Source: Pseudomonadota bacterium (lineage in GTDB: Bacteria; Campylobacterota; Campylobacteria; Campylobacterales; Sulfurimonadaceae). Taken from it: a DNA stretch of 64,000 bases. Below the pieces are notes generated by a model. The model was not told the origin of the DNA. It saw nothing but the letters and a program-made list of their open reading frames with translations, and searched no databases. The position numbers and the translations under genes are program-made. Shown one piece after another: positions 1 to 10,564 of the stretch. The stretch covers positions 139,453 to 203,452 of the forward strand of contig JAZDQA010000005.1 of assembly GCA_043797085.1 (NCBI GenBank), read 5' to 3'. How positions within the stretch are numbered: position 1 is the first letter of the stretch; each line of letters opens with the position of its first letter.

Positions 1-2
1 TA

Positions 3-104
3 TCGACCAAGACAGATCAAAAGATTGCGCAAGGGTTGAATCCAAAACTCGCGTTGCGTGAAGCCAAAGCCGAAGTAGATCGGTTAATGGGCATAACAAA
101 TTAA
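3..104 (+). CDS. 3' end of an upstream CDS (partial, product unknown)
   Basis: Open frame from the window edge (STKTDQKIAQGLNPKLALREAKAEVDRLMGITN*) ending in TAA 20 nt before the next gene. Confidence 0.45.
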   Translation, partial: STKTDQKIAQGLNPKLALREAKAEVDRLMGITN

Positions 105-124
105 ATTTCAATAAAAGAGAGAAA

Positions 125-2878
125 ATGATGGGAATCAAAAAAAGTTTAGTACATCTGATGATAGCAACTGTGTTGCTTTTGGGTAGTGAGAGCAGTGCTG
201 ATAATGCAGCTATCATCCAAGCAATCAAGGCGAATCCTGCTTTGCTTGATTCTCCTCAAGCCAAAGCGATGATGCAAGATGCTAAGGTTCCCGTCGTAAC
301 GACACAGGCAAAAGTAGAAGTTCCTTTAAATGATGTAGTCCAAGAGACTAAGGCAGAAGAGAAAGCCTCTGCTGAAACCTCTGTCGTTGATTCAAGTGGA
401 AATGGGGATGTAAATTCTTTTTACCGTTCACCGCTTAGTCTCGAAAAAAATGACGATTACAGTAAGCGTCTCATTGCTCGTCAAATCAAAGAGAGTCCAA
501 AAACTCTAAAGCGCTATGGTATCGAGTTCTTTAGAAATAAAAATGGAATGGATTTAGCATCATTGCCGGTACCTGAGAACTATAAGCTGGTTCCAAAAGA
601 TGTTTTGAACGTTGTTTTGTATGGTCCGAAATCGGACAATATGAGTTTGACGATTGATAAAGACGGTACGGTGGTTATCCCATCTTTTGGTCCGCTTCAG
701 ATTGCAGGTCTCTCGTTCAGCGAAGCCAAAAAGACGATTTCAGATGCCCTTATAGCGGCGTATCCTAATGTCGGAGTGACCGTCAATATCTCTCAGTTTT
801 CATCGATCCAAGTAACACTCGCAGGTGAAGTGGCTGTCCCCGGTATCTATAATGTGAGTTCGTTTTCAACCATCAAAGAAGCGTTGATCTCAGCTGGCGG
901 ACTCTCTGCCAATGGTTCTATGCGTTCGGTGAGCATCAAGCGTCAAGGGCGTATTTACACAACCATAGACCTTTACTCTATTATCCGAGGAACGGGACGA
1001 AGTGATCCGCTGTTACGTGCCGGAGACATTATCATTGTCCCGATTATGGGCAAGAGTGTCATTATCGACGGAGATGTCAAACGACCTGCCATTTATGAAG
1101 CCAAACAAAATACCAGTATCGCTAATCTCATATCTTATGCGGGCGGAATACAAGCCAGTGCAAGTAAGAACGACATACGTATCACACGATTTGAGAAGAA
1201 TCAAGGGATAAAAATCTTTAATGTTTCGCTCTCAGAATCAGAAAAAATGGTAGCACAGGATCAAGACAAAGTCTATGTTCATGATTTGGACAAGAGTAAT
1301 CTACGGGGAATCACCCTCTATGGGAATGTGATTAAACCGGGATTTTGGCCACTGGCGAAAGAGGGGACTTCATTAAAAGAGTTTTTTGGACGTGAAATCT
1401 CTCACAATACTCTTCGCGGTGTATTTCTCGAAGATACGTATTTCGATTATGCCATCATCAAACGGACCAATAGTAATCTCAAAGAGGAGTTGATCGGGTT
1501 TTCTCTGAGTGATGCTTTGTCGGGAAAAGAAAAAATCTTGCTCAAAAATCGGGATGAATTGTATGTGCTAAATAGTTCAGCCGTAGCTCCGGCTCCTGTG
1601 GTGAAACTATCTGGTGAGTGTGTTTTAAAAGAGGGAGAGTACAAATTTTTTGATAAAATGACATTGGATGCGTTGTTGAGCACAGCGGGCTCGAAGTGTC
1701 TAATCGATAAACAAAAAGTGACGATTGTCTCTCGTGATAAAAAAACATTGCGTCCCAGTGTCCGAGTGGCAGATGCATCGCATAATGCGCCTGTTTATTT
1801 AAATGAATTTGATGAGATTAGTGTTGTCGGATATTACACGACAAATCCAATCTATCAGGCGTCAATCGCGGGTGAAGTGTATAAATCAGGAAGTTATCCC
1901 ATCGCTGACTCTGGTTTTACCATTCGAAATTTGATTCTGGCAGCGGGCGGAATGACGGATAAAGCAAGTAAGGATAAAATCGAGGTTGTTCGATATGAAA
2001 TCATTAATGGCAAGCGTGAGCGTAAAGTTCTATCTCTGTCTCCTGATCTTGCTATGTCCGATAATTCACTTGCACTTTTGCCCTACGATGAAGTCACGGT
2101 CTTTAAAATACCGCAATGGAATGTAAGAAAATCGATTAAATTAGTAGGAAAAGTCAAATATCCCGCTGAATACGCTATCGAAGATGGTGAGACTCTTTCT
2201 GACGTACTAAAGCGTGCAGGCGGATTTACCAATAGTGCGTATGTTGATGGAGCAGTATTTACGCGTGAAGAGTTAAAAGTTCGTCAGCGTGATGGGATGG
2301 AACGTCAAATAAAAGATCTTCAAAGTCGGGTCATGTACATTGCAACACAACCTACTCAAGCAGGGGAGAATGCAGGGGATAAAACACAGTTGGTTACAAT
2401 GCTGGGTTCCTTAAAAGAAGAAGTTCGAAACACACCGTATGTCGGTCGTTTATCGGTTCATTTGAAGAGTGATTTAAGTAAATTTGAGGGGAGTAATTCG
2501 GATATTTTACTTAAAAATGGGGATGTACTTTATGTGCCTGAACGTGAAGACAGTGTTGTAATCCAAGGTGAAGTTCTTAACCCTAATGCGGTTGTTTACA
2601 GTTCTGCAATGTCGGTAAGCGATTATCTCGAAAAATCTGGTGGTCTAAAAGAGAGTGCGGATGAGAGTAATATTTTCGTTGTTCACAGTAACGGCGAAGC
2701 AGAACCATATAAAAGTGGATTTTTTGCCTCGAATGTAGTCGTAGGACCGGGGGATGTTATCGTTGTTCCAATGTATATCAACACCTACAGCGGGATGCAA
2801 TTTGCCAAAGATATTACGGCAATTTTATATCAGTTGGCAGTTTCGGCAGCAGCACTTACGACCATCGGAGCGCTGTAA
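125..2878 (+). CDS. Polysaccharide export protein with multiple SLBB domains (KpsD/OtnA-like)
   Basis: Signal peptide, Poly_export motif (PENYKLVPKD...IDKDG..IPSFGPL), repeated SLBB units (GEV..PG.Y, AGG), followed by a Wzz gene. Confidence 0.88.
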   Translation: MMGIKKSLVHLMIATVLLLGSESSADNAAIIQAIKANPALLDSPQAKAMMQDAKVPVVTTQAKVEVPLNDVVQETKAEEKASAETSVVDSSGNGDVNSFYRSPLSLEKNDDYSKRLIARQIKESPKTLKRYGIEFFRNKNGMDLASLPVPENYKLVPKDVLNVVLYGPKSDNMSLTIDKDGTVVIPSFGPLQIAGLSFSEAKKTISDALIAAYPNVGVTVNISQFSSIQVTLAGEVAVPGIYNVSSFSTIKEALISAGGLSANGSMRSVSIKRQGRIYTTIDLYSIIRGTGRSDPLLRAGDIIIVPIMGKSVIIDGDVKRPAIYEAKQNTSIANLISYAGGIQASASKNDIRITRFEKNQGIKIFNVSLSESEKMVAQDQDKVYVHDLDKSNLRGITLYGNVIKPGFWPLAKEGTSLKEFFGREISHNTLRGVFLEDTYFDYAIIKRTNSNLKEELIGFSLSDALSGKEKILLKNRDELYVLNSSAVAPAPVVKLSGECVLKEGEYKFFDKMTLDALLSTAGSKCLIDKQKVTIVSRDKKTLRPSVRVADASHNAPVYLNEFDEISVVGYYTTNPIYQASIAGEVYKSGSYPIADSGFTIRNLILAAGGMTDKASKDKIEVVRYEIINGKRERKVLSLSPDLAMSDNSLALLPYDEVTVFKIPQWNVRKSIKLVGKVKYPAEYAIEDGETLSDVLKRAGGFTNSAYVDGAVFTREELKVRQRDGMERQIKDLQSRVMYIATQPTQAGENAGDKTQLVTMLGSLKEEVRNTPYVGRLSVHLKSDLSKFEGSNSDILLKNGDVLYVPEREDSVVIQGEVLNPNAVVYSSAMSVSDYLEKSGGLKESADESNIFVVHSNGEAEPYKSGFFASNVVVGPGDVIVVPMYINTYSGMQFAKDITAILYQLAVSAAALTTIGAL

Positions 2879-3816
2879 TGCAAGAAAATATTTCCCAAAG
2901 TGTGATCCAAGAAGACGAGATCGACCTGCGCGAACTGGCTGCGACAATCGGTAAGCATAAGTTTAAGCTCATCGGATTTACCTTGGTTGTTACGGCTATG
3001 AGTGTGCTATGGACATTGAGTAAACCTAATATTTACCATTCTCAAGCAGTGTTGGTGCCACAAGTGGAATCTAAATCGTCGATGGGCGGTTTGGGTGCAT
3101 TAGCCGGATTAGCGGGAGTCGATTTGGGCGGGGGGGAGATGCTGCCCGATAGTGCATATCAACTGTATTTGGATGATTATCAGTGGATGCGGAATTTTTT
3201 ACTCCAATCAAAACTATTTGAACGCCTTAATGCAGAAGATGCAGATAAAAATTACCGTTTTGTACTGGGAATAGATACCTTTTACCGTCTTAAGAAAGGT
3301 TCTCCCAATGAGGATTCTGAAGCAATGAGTCCGGATAAAAAAGAGAAGAAACTCTTTGCGACGTATCAAGACATTAAAAGCAAGTTCTCTATTTCGAGTG
3401 ATAAAAAAACCTCGGTTATAACACTCGGGTTCAGTGATTCAGATCCTGTTTTAGCTAAAGATACCGTTTCGTTGTTTTTGAAATATGCGTCAAACTCGCT
3501 TCGGACGAATGAACTAAGTGACATGGAGAAAAAAATTGCGTACTATGATCAGGAACTTCAAAAAACCAATGATCTTTCACTGAAAACCCAACTCAGTCAG
3601 CTAATGTCGGCATTGATCCAAAAAAAGGTTTTAGCGCAATCAAGCGAGTTTTATAATGTAAAGATGGTTACTGCTCCCAGTGTCGCCTATGAAGGAGACA
3701 AAGAGGGACCTAAGAGAGGGCTGATTGTTGCTGTTTCAATGATTACTTCGTTGATCATTGGTATTTTTGGAATCTTTTTTATAGAGTTTATTCGTAGTAA
3801 AAAAGAAGATGAATAG
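2878..3816 (+). CDS. Wzz/FepE-family polysaccharide chain-length determinant
   Basis: N-terminal EDEIDLREL, two TM segments, GGLGALAGLAG motif, C-terminal PKR..I before TM2; start overlaps the upstream stop. Confidence 0.88.
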   Translation: MQENISQSVIQEDEIDLRELAATIGKHKFKLIGFTLVVTAMSVLWTLSKPNIYHSQAVLVPQVESKSSMGGLGALAGLAGVDLGGGEMLPDSAYQLYLDDYQWMRNFLLQSKLFERLNAEDADKNYRFVLGIDTFYRLKKGSPNEDSEAMSPDKKEKKLFATYQDIKSKFSISSDKKTSVITLGFSDSDPVLAKDTVSLFLKYASNSLRTNELSDMEKKIAYYDQELQKTNDLSLKTQLSQLMSALIQKKVLAQSSEFYNVKMVTAPSVAYEGDKEGPKRGLIVAVSMITSLIIGIFGIFFIEFIRSKKEDE

Positions 3817-3874
3817 CTAAAATCAAGCATTTTTACGCTATAATCAGCCAATTTTTAGTTACAAGGGAATAGGC

Positions 3875-5530
3875 ATGGCGTTCGATAACGAAGCGTATGA
3901 AGAAGAAAATTTTGCTGAAATGCTGGAGGCATCGTTCAAAGAGCAAGAATCCACTCGCATTACAGAAGGTGAAGTTGTAGAGATCCAAGAGAGTGATAAC
4001 CGCGCATTGGTCGGCGTTGGTGAGAAACTAGAGGGGATCTTGCCACTCGATGAGATTCGTGATGCAGAGGGAAAACTCCTCTTCAACGTTGGTGATAAAA
4101 TCACCGTTATGGTCATAGGACATTACAATGAGCGTCCTAAAATTTCATATAAAAAAGTGCTTGAACAAGAGAAAACACTAGCATTTATCAATCTTCACAA
4201 AGAAGATTTTGAGTCGGTTGTTATCGAAGCACTGGTTACAAAGAAAAACAAGGGTGGCTATTTGCTTGAAGCAGATGATGTCCATTTCTTCCTTCCTCGC
4301 TCACTTGCAGCGTTCAAAGATACCGATCAAGTCGTTGGTAAAACGATTAAAGCACAAGTGGTCAAAGTTGATCCTGCTGAAGCATCGATTGTTGTATCAC
4401 GCCGCAAGCTTTTCAATGATGAACGCAAACGTAAAAAAGAAGTGATTGATGCATTGATGGAAGAGGGTAAAATCATCCAAGGTACTGTCAAAAAAATCAC
4501 AAGCTATGGAATGTTTGTTGATGTTGGCGGGATTGATGGTTTGGTTCATTACAATGAAATCAGCTACAAAGGTCCCGTCAATCCGTCAAAACTTTATAAA
4601 GAAGGCGATGTTGTAACCGTAAAAGCGATTGCATACGATAAAGACAAGCGTCATTTATCTCTTTCAATCAAAGCAGTTCAATCGGATCCATGGAGAGAAG
4701 TTGAAGAAGCATTGGAAGAGGGCGATACTATTACGGTTACCGTTAGCAACATCGAGCCATACGGTATTTTCGTTGATCTTGGAAATGACATCGAAGGCTT
4801 CTTGCACGTTTCAGAAATCACATGGGACAAAAATATTAAACATCCTAAAGATTATTTGACTCTTGGTCAAGAAATTGACGTTGAAGTTATCGAAATCAAC
4901 TCTAACACACATAAATTACGTGTATCGTACAAGCGTCTTCAGCCAAAACCGTTTGAAGAGTTTATGCGTACATCACGTGAAGGCGATATTGTCAAAGGAA
5001 CTGTTACATCATTGACCGATTTTGGTGCTTTCATCAAAGTTGGCGGTGTAGAGGGATTGTTGCACAATCAAGATCTTTCATGGGATAAAAATGCCAAATG
5101 TAAAGAGACTCTTAAAGTCGGTGATGAAATCGAAGTAAAAATCGCAAAAATCAATACCGAAGATGAAAAAATTTCTTTGAATCGTAAAGCACTCGAAGAG
5201 AGCCCAATCGACAAATTTGCTGCTAATCATAAAATGAACGAAGTGTTAAGCGCAACGGTTCGTGACGTAAAAGATTTCGGTGTATTTGTTTCATTAGAGG
5301 GTGGTGTTGATGCTCTTATCCGTAATGAAGACCTTTTACCATTGACTCCGGAAGAGCTTACTATCGGTCAAGTGATTGAAGCGGTTGTTATGGTTATTGA
5401 TGCTAAGCGTGATCGTATCCGTCTTTCGGTACGTAAACTAGAGCGTATCAAAGATCAAGAAATGCTCAACGAGATTAATGACGATGAGTCAAACAGTCTT
5501 GGTGATTTGATTAAAGATCAATTGAAATAA
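3875..5530 (+). CDS. rpsA: 30S ribosomal protein S1
   Basis: Tandem S1 domains (YGMFVD, DFGAFI, DFGVFV), N-terminal FAEMLE, C-terminal SLGDL. Confidence 0.97.
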   Translation: MAFDNEAYEEENFAEMLEASFKEQESTRITEGEVVEIQESDNRALVGVGEKLEGILPLDEIRDAEGKLLFNVGDKITVMVIGHYNERPKISYKKVLEQEKTLAFINLHKEDFESVVIEALVTKKNKGGYLLEADDVHFFLPRSLAAFKDTDQVVGKTIKAQVVKVDPAEASIVVSRRKLFNDERKRKKEVIDALMEEGKIIQGTVKKITSYGMFVDVGGIDGLVHYNEISYKGPVNPSKLYKEGDVVTVKAIAYDKDKRHLSLSIKAVQSDPWREVEEALEEGDTITVTVSNIEPYGIFVDLGNDIEGFLHVSEITWDKNIKHPKDYLTLGQEIDVEVIEINSNTHKLRVSYKRLQPKPFEEFMRTSREGDIVKGTVTSLTDFGAFIKVGGVEGLLHNQDLSWDKNAKCKETLKVGDEIEVKIAKINTEDEKISLNRKALEESPIDKFAANHKMNEVLSATVRDVKDFGVFVSLEGGVDALIRNEDLLPLTPEELTIGQVIEAVVMVIDAKRDRIRLSVRKLERIKDQEMLNEINDDESNSLGDLIKDQLK

Positions 5531-5534
5531 AGAT

Positions 5535-6011
5535 ATGCGAAAAGCAGCATACTGGCTATTTCCGTTAATAGCCATTTTCGTTGCTGTATTTATTGTTGTC
5601 TTTATGATCCAAATCAATCCGACTCCTTCAGCGATTGCGCAGGAGAGCGACTCTCATAAAAATTCTGATGAGACGAACGTGAGTTCATCTAGTTGGATGA
5701 ATGGATTGCATTTAACAAAAGAGAAAGAGTATTCCTATCCGATTAACGAAGTGGTTATCGAAATGGATGCTCAATCAAGCGTAGCAAAATCTCATAAGTA
5801 TCATTTAACGGTACTTTTGAAGGATTCGTATGAGTTCTTTTGTTTGAAACAAGAGCTTAAAAATACGGATCTTTCCTATCTTTTAAATCAAGAGGGAAGC
5901 GCAATGAGTGTTGATATTGACTCAGATGATTACAATGCACTCGCAAATCTCCTCTTAAAACTAAAAACCTATCAAATTTCGGCGACACTTTCGCCGCTCA
6001 AAGAGGACTAA
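5535..6011 (+). CDS. Membrane-anchored hypothetical protein between rpsA and serA
   Basis: N-terminal TM helix; tightly spaced in the rpsA-serA run. Confidence 0.75.
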   Translation: MRKAAYWLFPLIAIFVAVFIVVFMIQINPTPSAIAQESDSHKNSDETNVSSSSWMNGLHLTKEKEYSYPINEVVIEMDAQSSVAKSHKYHLTVLLKDSYEFFCLKQELKNTDLSYLLNQEGSAMSVDIDSDDYNALANLLLKLKTYQISATLSPLKED

Positions 6012-6015
6012 TCCA

Positions 6016-7605
6016 ATGGAAAAATTTAAAATTGTCGTTTGTGATCATATTCACGAAGAGGGTTTAAATCTTCTTCGTAATGACGATAAAATTGAAATGA
6101 TTTTTGCTGCTGACATGGACAAAACAGCATTACTTGATGTCATTGCGACAGCGGATGTTGCTATTACTCGAAGTTCAACCGATGTGGATGATAAATTTAT
6201 CCAAGCAGCTCGCGGCAAACTCAAAGCAGTCGTTCGCGCAGGTGTGGGCGTTGATAATGTAGACATTCCGGGATGCTCAAAAGAGGGTATTATCGTTATG
6301 AACGTTCCTACAGCAAATACGATTGCAGCGGTTGAGCTAACGATGACTCACATGCTCTCATGCATGCGTATGTTCCCGTATTCTCATGATCACCTCAAAA
6401 ACCAGCGGGTTTGGAAGCGTGAAAAATGGTACGGGTATGAGCTAAAAGGTAAAAAACTGGGTGTTATCGGTTTCGGTAACATCGGAAGCCGTGTCGGTAT
6501 CCGCTCTAAAGCATTTGAGATGGATGTTATCGCGTATGACCCATACATTCACCCATCCAAAGCAACCGATGCCGGTGCTAAATACACCACGAATTTTGAA
6601 GATATTTTGGCGTGCGATATTATCACGATTCATACGCCAAAAAACAAAGAAACAGTTGGAATGATCGGTGCGGATGAAATCGCAAAAATGAAAGACGGTG
6701 TGGTTTTAATCAACTGTGCGCGCGGTGGATTGTACAGCGAAGATGCTCTTTATGACGGTTTAAAATCAGGAAAAATCCGTTTTGCCGGTATCGATGTATT
6801 TGACAAAGAACCTGCAACGGATAACAAGCTTTTGGATTTGGATAACATCTGTGTCTCTCCGCATTTGGGTGCAAATACGTTTGAATCTCAGTTGGGGATT
6901 GCTCTTGAAGCAGCGCAACAAGCGATTGAAGCGGCAAAAGGAATCGCGTATCCTCATGCACTTAATCTTCCGATCGATGAGTCTAAAATACCTTCTTTTG
7001 TTAAACCGTTCCTCGAAATGGGACAAAAAATCGGCTTTTTAGCGTCTCAGATCAATCGTGCTCCAATCGTTTCAATCAAAGTAAGCGGACGCGGTGATAT
7101 TGCTCAATACGTCACATCTTTGGCTACTTTTGTAACCGTTGGTGCGTTGGCAGAGACATCAGGTGAAACGATCAACTACGTAAATGCTGATTTCGTTGCT
7201 GCTGAACGTAACATCAAAATCGATACGGAAGAACTTCCTGAAAGTCCGGTGTATAAAAACTTGGTAACCGTTCGTTTGACGACCGATAAAGACGTTATCG
7301 AAATCAGCGCAACGATGTTTAACGATGATGTGCAGCGCATTGTTGACATCAATGGTTTTGGTGTTGATGTTGAACCAAAAGGAAATATGATCCTTTTCAA
7401 AAATACGGATGTACCGGGTGTTATCGGACAAGTCGGCACATTGCTTGCTGCGCATGAAGTGAACATCGCTGATTTCCGTCTCGGGCGCAATAAAAGCAAA
7501 GAAGCATTGGCGGTTATCATCGTTGATTCTCCTGTCAGTGAAAAAACACTTAAAGAACTTTCTGCACTAAACGCATGTATTAGCGTCTCTTACGCACGAA
7601 TTTAG
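6016..7605 (+). CDS. serA: D-3-phosphoglycerate dehydrogenase
   Basis: RAGVGVDNVD, GFGNIG Rossmann motif, NCARGG, SPHLGA, C-terminal ACT domain (DVPGVIG). Confidence 0.97.
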   Translation: MEKFKIVVCDHIHEEGLNLLRNDDKIEMIFAADMDKTALLDVIATADVAITRSSTDVDDKFIQAARGKLKAVVRAGVGVDNVDIPGCSKEGIIVMNVPTANTIAAVELTMTHMLSCMRMFPYSHDHLKNQRVWKREKWYGYELKGKKLGVIGFGNIGSRVGIRSKAFEMDVIAYDPYIHPSKATDAGAKYTTNFEDILACDIITIHTPKNKETVGMIGADEIAKMKDGVVLINCARGGLYSEDALYDGLKSGKIRFAGIDVFDKEPATDNKLLDLDNICVSPHLGANTFESQLGIALEAAQQAIEAAKGIAYPHALNLPIDESKIPSFVKPFLEMGQKIGFLASQINRAPIVSIKVSGRGDIAQYVTSLATFVTVGALAETSGETINYVNADFVAAERNIKIDTEELPESPVYKNLVTVRLTTDKDVIEISATMFNDDVQRIVDINGFGVDVEPKGNMILFKNTDVPGVIGQVGTLLAAHEVNIADFRLGRNKSKEALAVIIVDSPVSEKTLKELSALNACISVSYARI

Positions 7606-7620
7606 GTTTTTGCAGCGACG

Positions 7621-10551
7621 ATGAACACAGAAGAGATAGGGGCACTTTTACAGGATAAAAGCAAGCTCCTCTCTGAAACGTATTTCGAGCTTCAGCGTGC
7701 TTGTGAAGCCAAATATGGACCCGATACCCTCGTCATCATCGAAATAGGCTCTTTTTTTGAAGTCTATGAGGTCAATAATGAGTTTATGAAAATTGGCAAA
7801 GCGAAAGAAGTTGCTGAATTTCTGAACATCCAGCTCACCCGTAAAAATAAAACCATACTTGAAAACTCTCTCCAAAATCCTCTTTTAGCCGGTGTTCCCA
7901 GTGTTTCCATCGAACGCTATCTTAGCCGTTTGGTTCAGTCGAAAAAATATACGATTGTTCTTGTACGTCAGCAAGGCGAACCTCCTCATGTTCGTCGTTA
8001 CATCTCAAATATCATCTCTCCCGGTACAAATTTTGATTACATTGCCGAACCCAGCGAAAACTACATCGCCTCGTTACTAATCGATCAAAACAACGGGGTG
8101 TATTCGGTTGGTTATTCGGCTATTGATGTTGGTACTGGAAAAACGCTTATCAATGAGATACATGGGTCACGAGAGGATAAAACGTATGCACTGGATGAAG
8201 TATTTAGTCTCTTACAAAGTTATCAAACTTCAGAAGTGGTGGTGACGTTTTGTGACTCACAGATCGATGAAGAGGAAGTCAATCGCTATTTAGAGCTTAA
8301 AAGCCATCACCGAAGCATTAAAAACGAAAAGCGGCTTCGTATTGATTACCAAAATGAACTGTTTGGGCGAATTTATCAAATCCGTTCTCTTTTAAGTCCG
8401 ATAGAATATCTCGATATGGAACGGTATGCGTATACGTCGGAATCGTTGGCGGTGTTGATTCATACGATCATCGATCATGACCCTGCTATCATCGAAAAGA
8501 TGAACCGACCGACGTTTTTGGGAACAAACCGTTATATGTATTTGGGGAATAACGCATGTGAACAGTTGGGAATAATTTCACGTGATCACGATGAGATGAC
8601 GGTGCTCAAACTCATCGATAAAACCTCTACGGCGATGGGGAAACGGCTGTTACGCGAGCGGCTTTTAAATCCTATTTGTGATGCTAAACTTCTCGAAGAG
8701 CGGTATGATTTGATCGAAAAGATGACCGATCACATTTCCCCACTGGAGAGCAAGCTCAAAGAAGTCTATGATTTGGAGCGAATCTTGCGTCGTCTGAAAC
8801 TGGGGAAGCTTCATCCCTACGAGTTAGCGTATTTTCACGCTTCGTTATGTGCTGCTGAGAGGTTGTTTACGGATGCGGATATGCTTGGAATCAGCTATGA
8901 TAAAGCCAGTGCGCAAGAGTGTGCATTATGTGCATCGGAGCTGCGACGAATTTTTGTCATCGAAGCATGTGCTAAATTTCGGCGAGATCAGGTGGATGTT
9001 AATCTTTTTAACGAGGGTATTGATCCTGCTATCGATGCACTTGAACGACTTCAAAATACCAATGAGCTTAAGTTGCAAAGCATCATCGAACACATCGATA
9101 CATTTTTCGATAACGGCAGCGGCTATGCCTCTATCGGATGGCTGGAGAGTGAGGGGTATCACCTGCTGATGACCCGTAACCGTTATGTGAGCATTGAAGA
9201 AAATCTCCATAACAGCTTTTTTACGTTAGAGGGGAAGCACCATTTTTTCCGCGATTTTCAGATACGAAAACTCAAAACAACCGTCAAACTTTCCTCTGCG
9301 TTGCTGGATGAACTCTCTATCGAAAATGCGGGGGCAAAATCGAGAATGCTTGCCCAAGTACGCGAACGCTATCAAGAGCATTTGGAAGGGTTTGAAAAGA
9401 GATTTTCGCACTCCATCGAGCATCTTATCTCTTTTTTGGCGGTGGTGGATGTTTCACTGAGCGGTGCCAAGTGTGCCATGCAGTATCGATATGTTCGTCC
9501 CCAAATCGTTTATGATGTCCCTAAGGCATTTATCGAAACGGTAGGATTGCGTCATCCGCTCATCGAATCGCGAGAAGAGAACGGTATTTTTATCCCCAAT
9601 GATCTTTTTTTGGGGTCTATCGAACAAAAAAGTTTCGAGGAGCATACGACGATTGAGGCATCAAAGGGAGAAGATGTTAAAGGGGTGCTTCTCTATGGGA
9701 TTAACTCCAGCGGAAAGTCCTCATTGATGAAAAGTATCGGCTTGGCAGTGGTGATGGCACAGGCGGGATTTTTTGTTCCGTGTGCGATGATGCGATTTTC
9801 TCCCATCGATAAGTTACTGACTCGTATCGTCTCCAAAGACAATCTCTACAAAGGACTTTCGACGTTTGCGGTGGAGATGCTCGAACTACGGAATATTTTT
9901 AACCGTGCGACGGAAAATACCCTGATTTTAGGAGATGAAATCAGTCATGGTACAGAGACAGAATCAGCATTGGCTATTGTTGCCAGTGCAATTTTAAGGC
10001 TCAAAGAGTTAGGAAGTTTGTTCATTTTTGCAACGCATTTACATCAGCTCTCATCACTTAGCGAGATCGAAAAAGCCAAAGGGATTGTATTGCTTCATTT
10101 GGGTGTTTATTACGATGAAGCCAGTGACAAACTGGTGTATGACCGTAAACTAAAAAGCGGAAGCGGAAGCACTCTGTATGGACTGGAATTCGCAAAATCC
10201 CTCCACATGGACGAAACCTTTATCCAAAAAGCATACGAAATCCGTGGACGTATTAGGGATAATGGTCACGATGCTTCGTTGCTAAAACGAAACAAAAAGA
10301 GCCGCTACAACAGCAAGCTGTATCTGACAAAATGTGCACTGTGTGATGAAGCGGTCGATGAAGTGCATCATATTATCCCACAAGCGAATGCAGATGAGGG
10401 CGGTTCAATCGGACATTTCGGGATGAATCATCGCTATAACTTGATCCCATTGTGCGCCAATCATCACCGCCTCGTTCATGAAGGGAAAATCGCCATTCAC
10501 GGATTTGTGATGAGCGAAGAGGGATTACGGCTTAGTTATTCACAAACCTAA
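7621..10551 (+). CDS. MutS-family protein with C-terminal HNH endonuclease (MutS7-like)
   Basis: GSFFE mismatch-binding motif, Walker [30 protein letters not shown]-terminal CxxC...VHHI...NL..LC.NHH. Confidence 0.9.
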   Translation: MNTEEIGALLQDKSKLLSETYFELQRACEAKYGPDTLVIIEIGSFFEVYEVNNEFMKIGKAKEVAEFLNIQLTRKNKTILENSLQNPLLAGVPSVSIERYLSRLVQSKKYTIVLVRQQGEPPHVRRYISNIISPGTNFDYIAEPSENYIASLLIDQNNGVYSVGYSAIDVGTGKTLINEIHGSREDKTYALDEVFSLLQSYQTSEVVVTFCDSQIDEEEVNRYLELKSHHRSIKNEKRLRIDYQNELFGRIYQIRSLLSPIEYLDMERYAYTSESLAVLIHTIIDHDPAIIEKMNRPTFLGTNRYMYLGNNACEQLGIISRDHDEMTVLKLIDKTSTAMGKRLLRERLLNPICDAKLLEERYDLIEKMTDHISPLESKLKEVYDLERILRRLKLGKLHPYELAYFHASLCAAERLFTDADMLGISYDKASAQECALCASELRRIFVIEACAKFRRDQVDVNLFNEGIDPAIDALERLQNTNELKLQSIIEHIDTFFDNGSGYASIGWLESEGYHLLMTRNRYVSIEENLHNSFFTLEGKHHFFRDFQIRKLKTTVKLSSALLDELSIENAGAKSRMLAQVRERYQEHLEGFEKRFSHSIEHLISFLAVVDVSLSGAKCAMQYRYVRPQIVYDVPKAFIETVGLRHPLIESREENGIFIPNDLFLGSIEQKSFEEHTTIEASKGEDVKGVLLYGINSSGKSSLMKSIGLAVVMAQAGFFVPCAMMRFSPIDKLLTRIVSKDNLYKGLSTFAVEMLELRNIFNRATENTLILGDEISHGTETESALAIVASAILRLKELGSLFIFATHLHQLSSLSEIEKAKGIVLLHLGVYYDEASDKLVYDRKLKSGSGSTLYGLEFAKSLHMDETFIQKAYEIRGRIRDNGHDASLLKRNKKSRYNSKLYLTKCALCDEAVDEVHHIIPQANADEGGSIGHFGMNHRYNLIPLCANHHRLVHEGKIAIHGFVMSEEGLRLSYSQT

Positions 10552-10564
10552 AGGGATACCTCCA

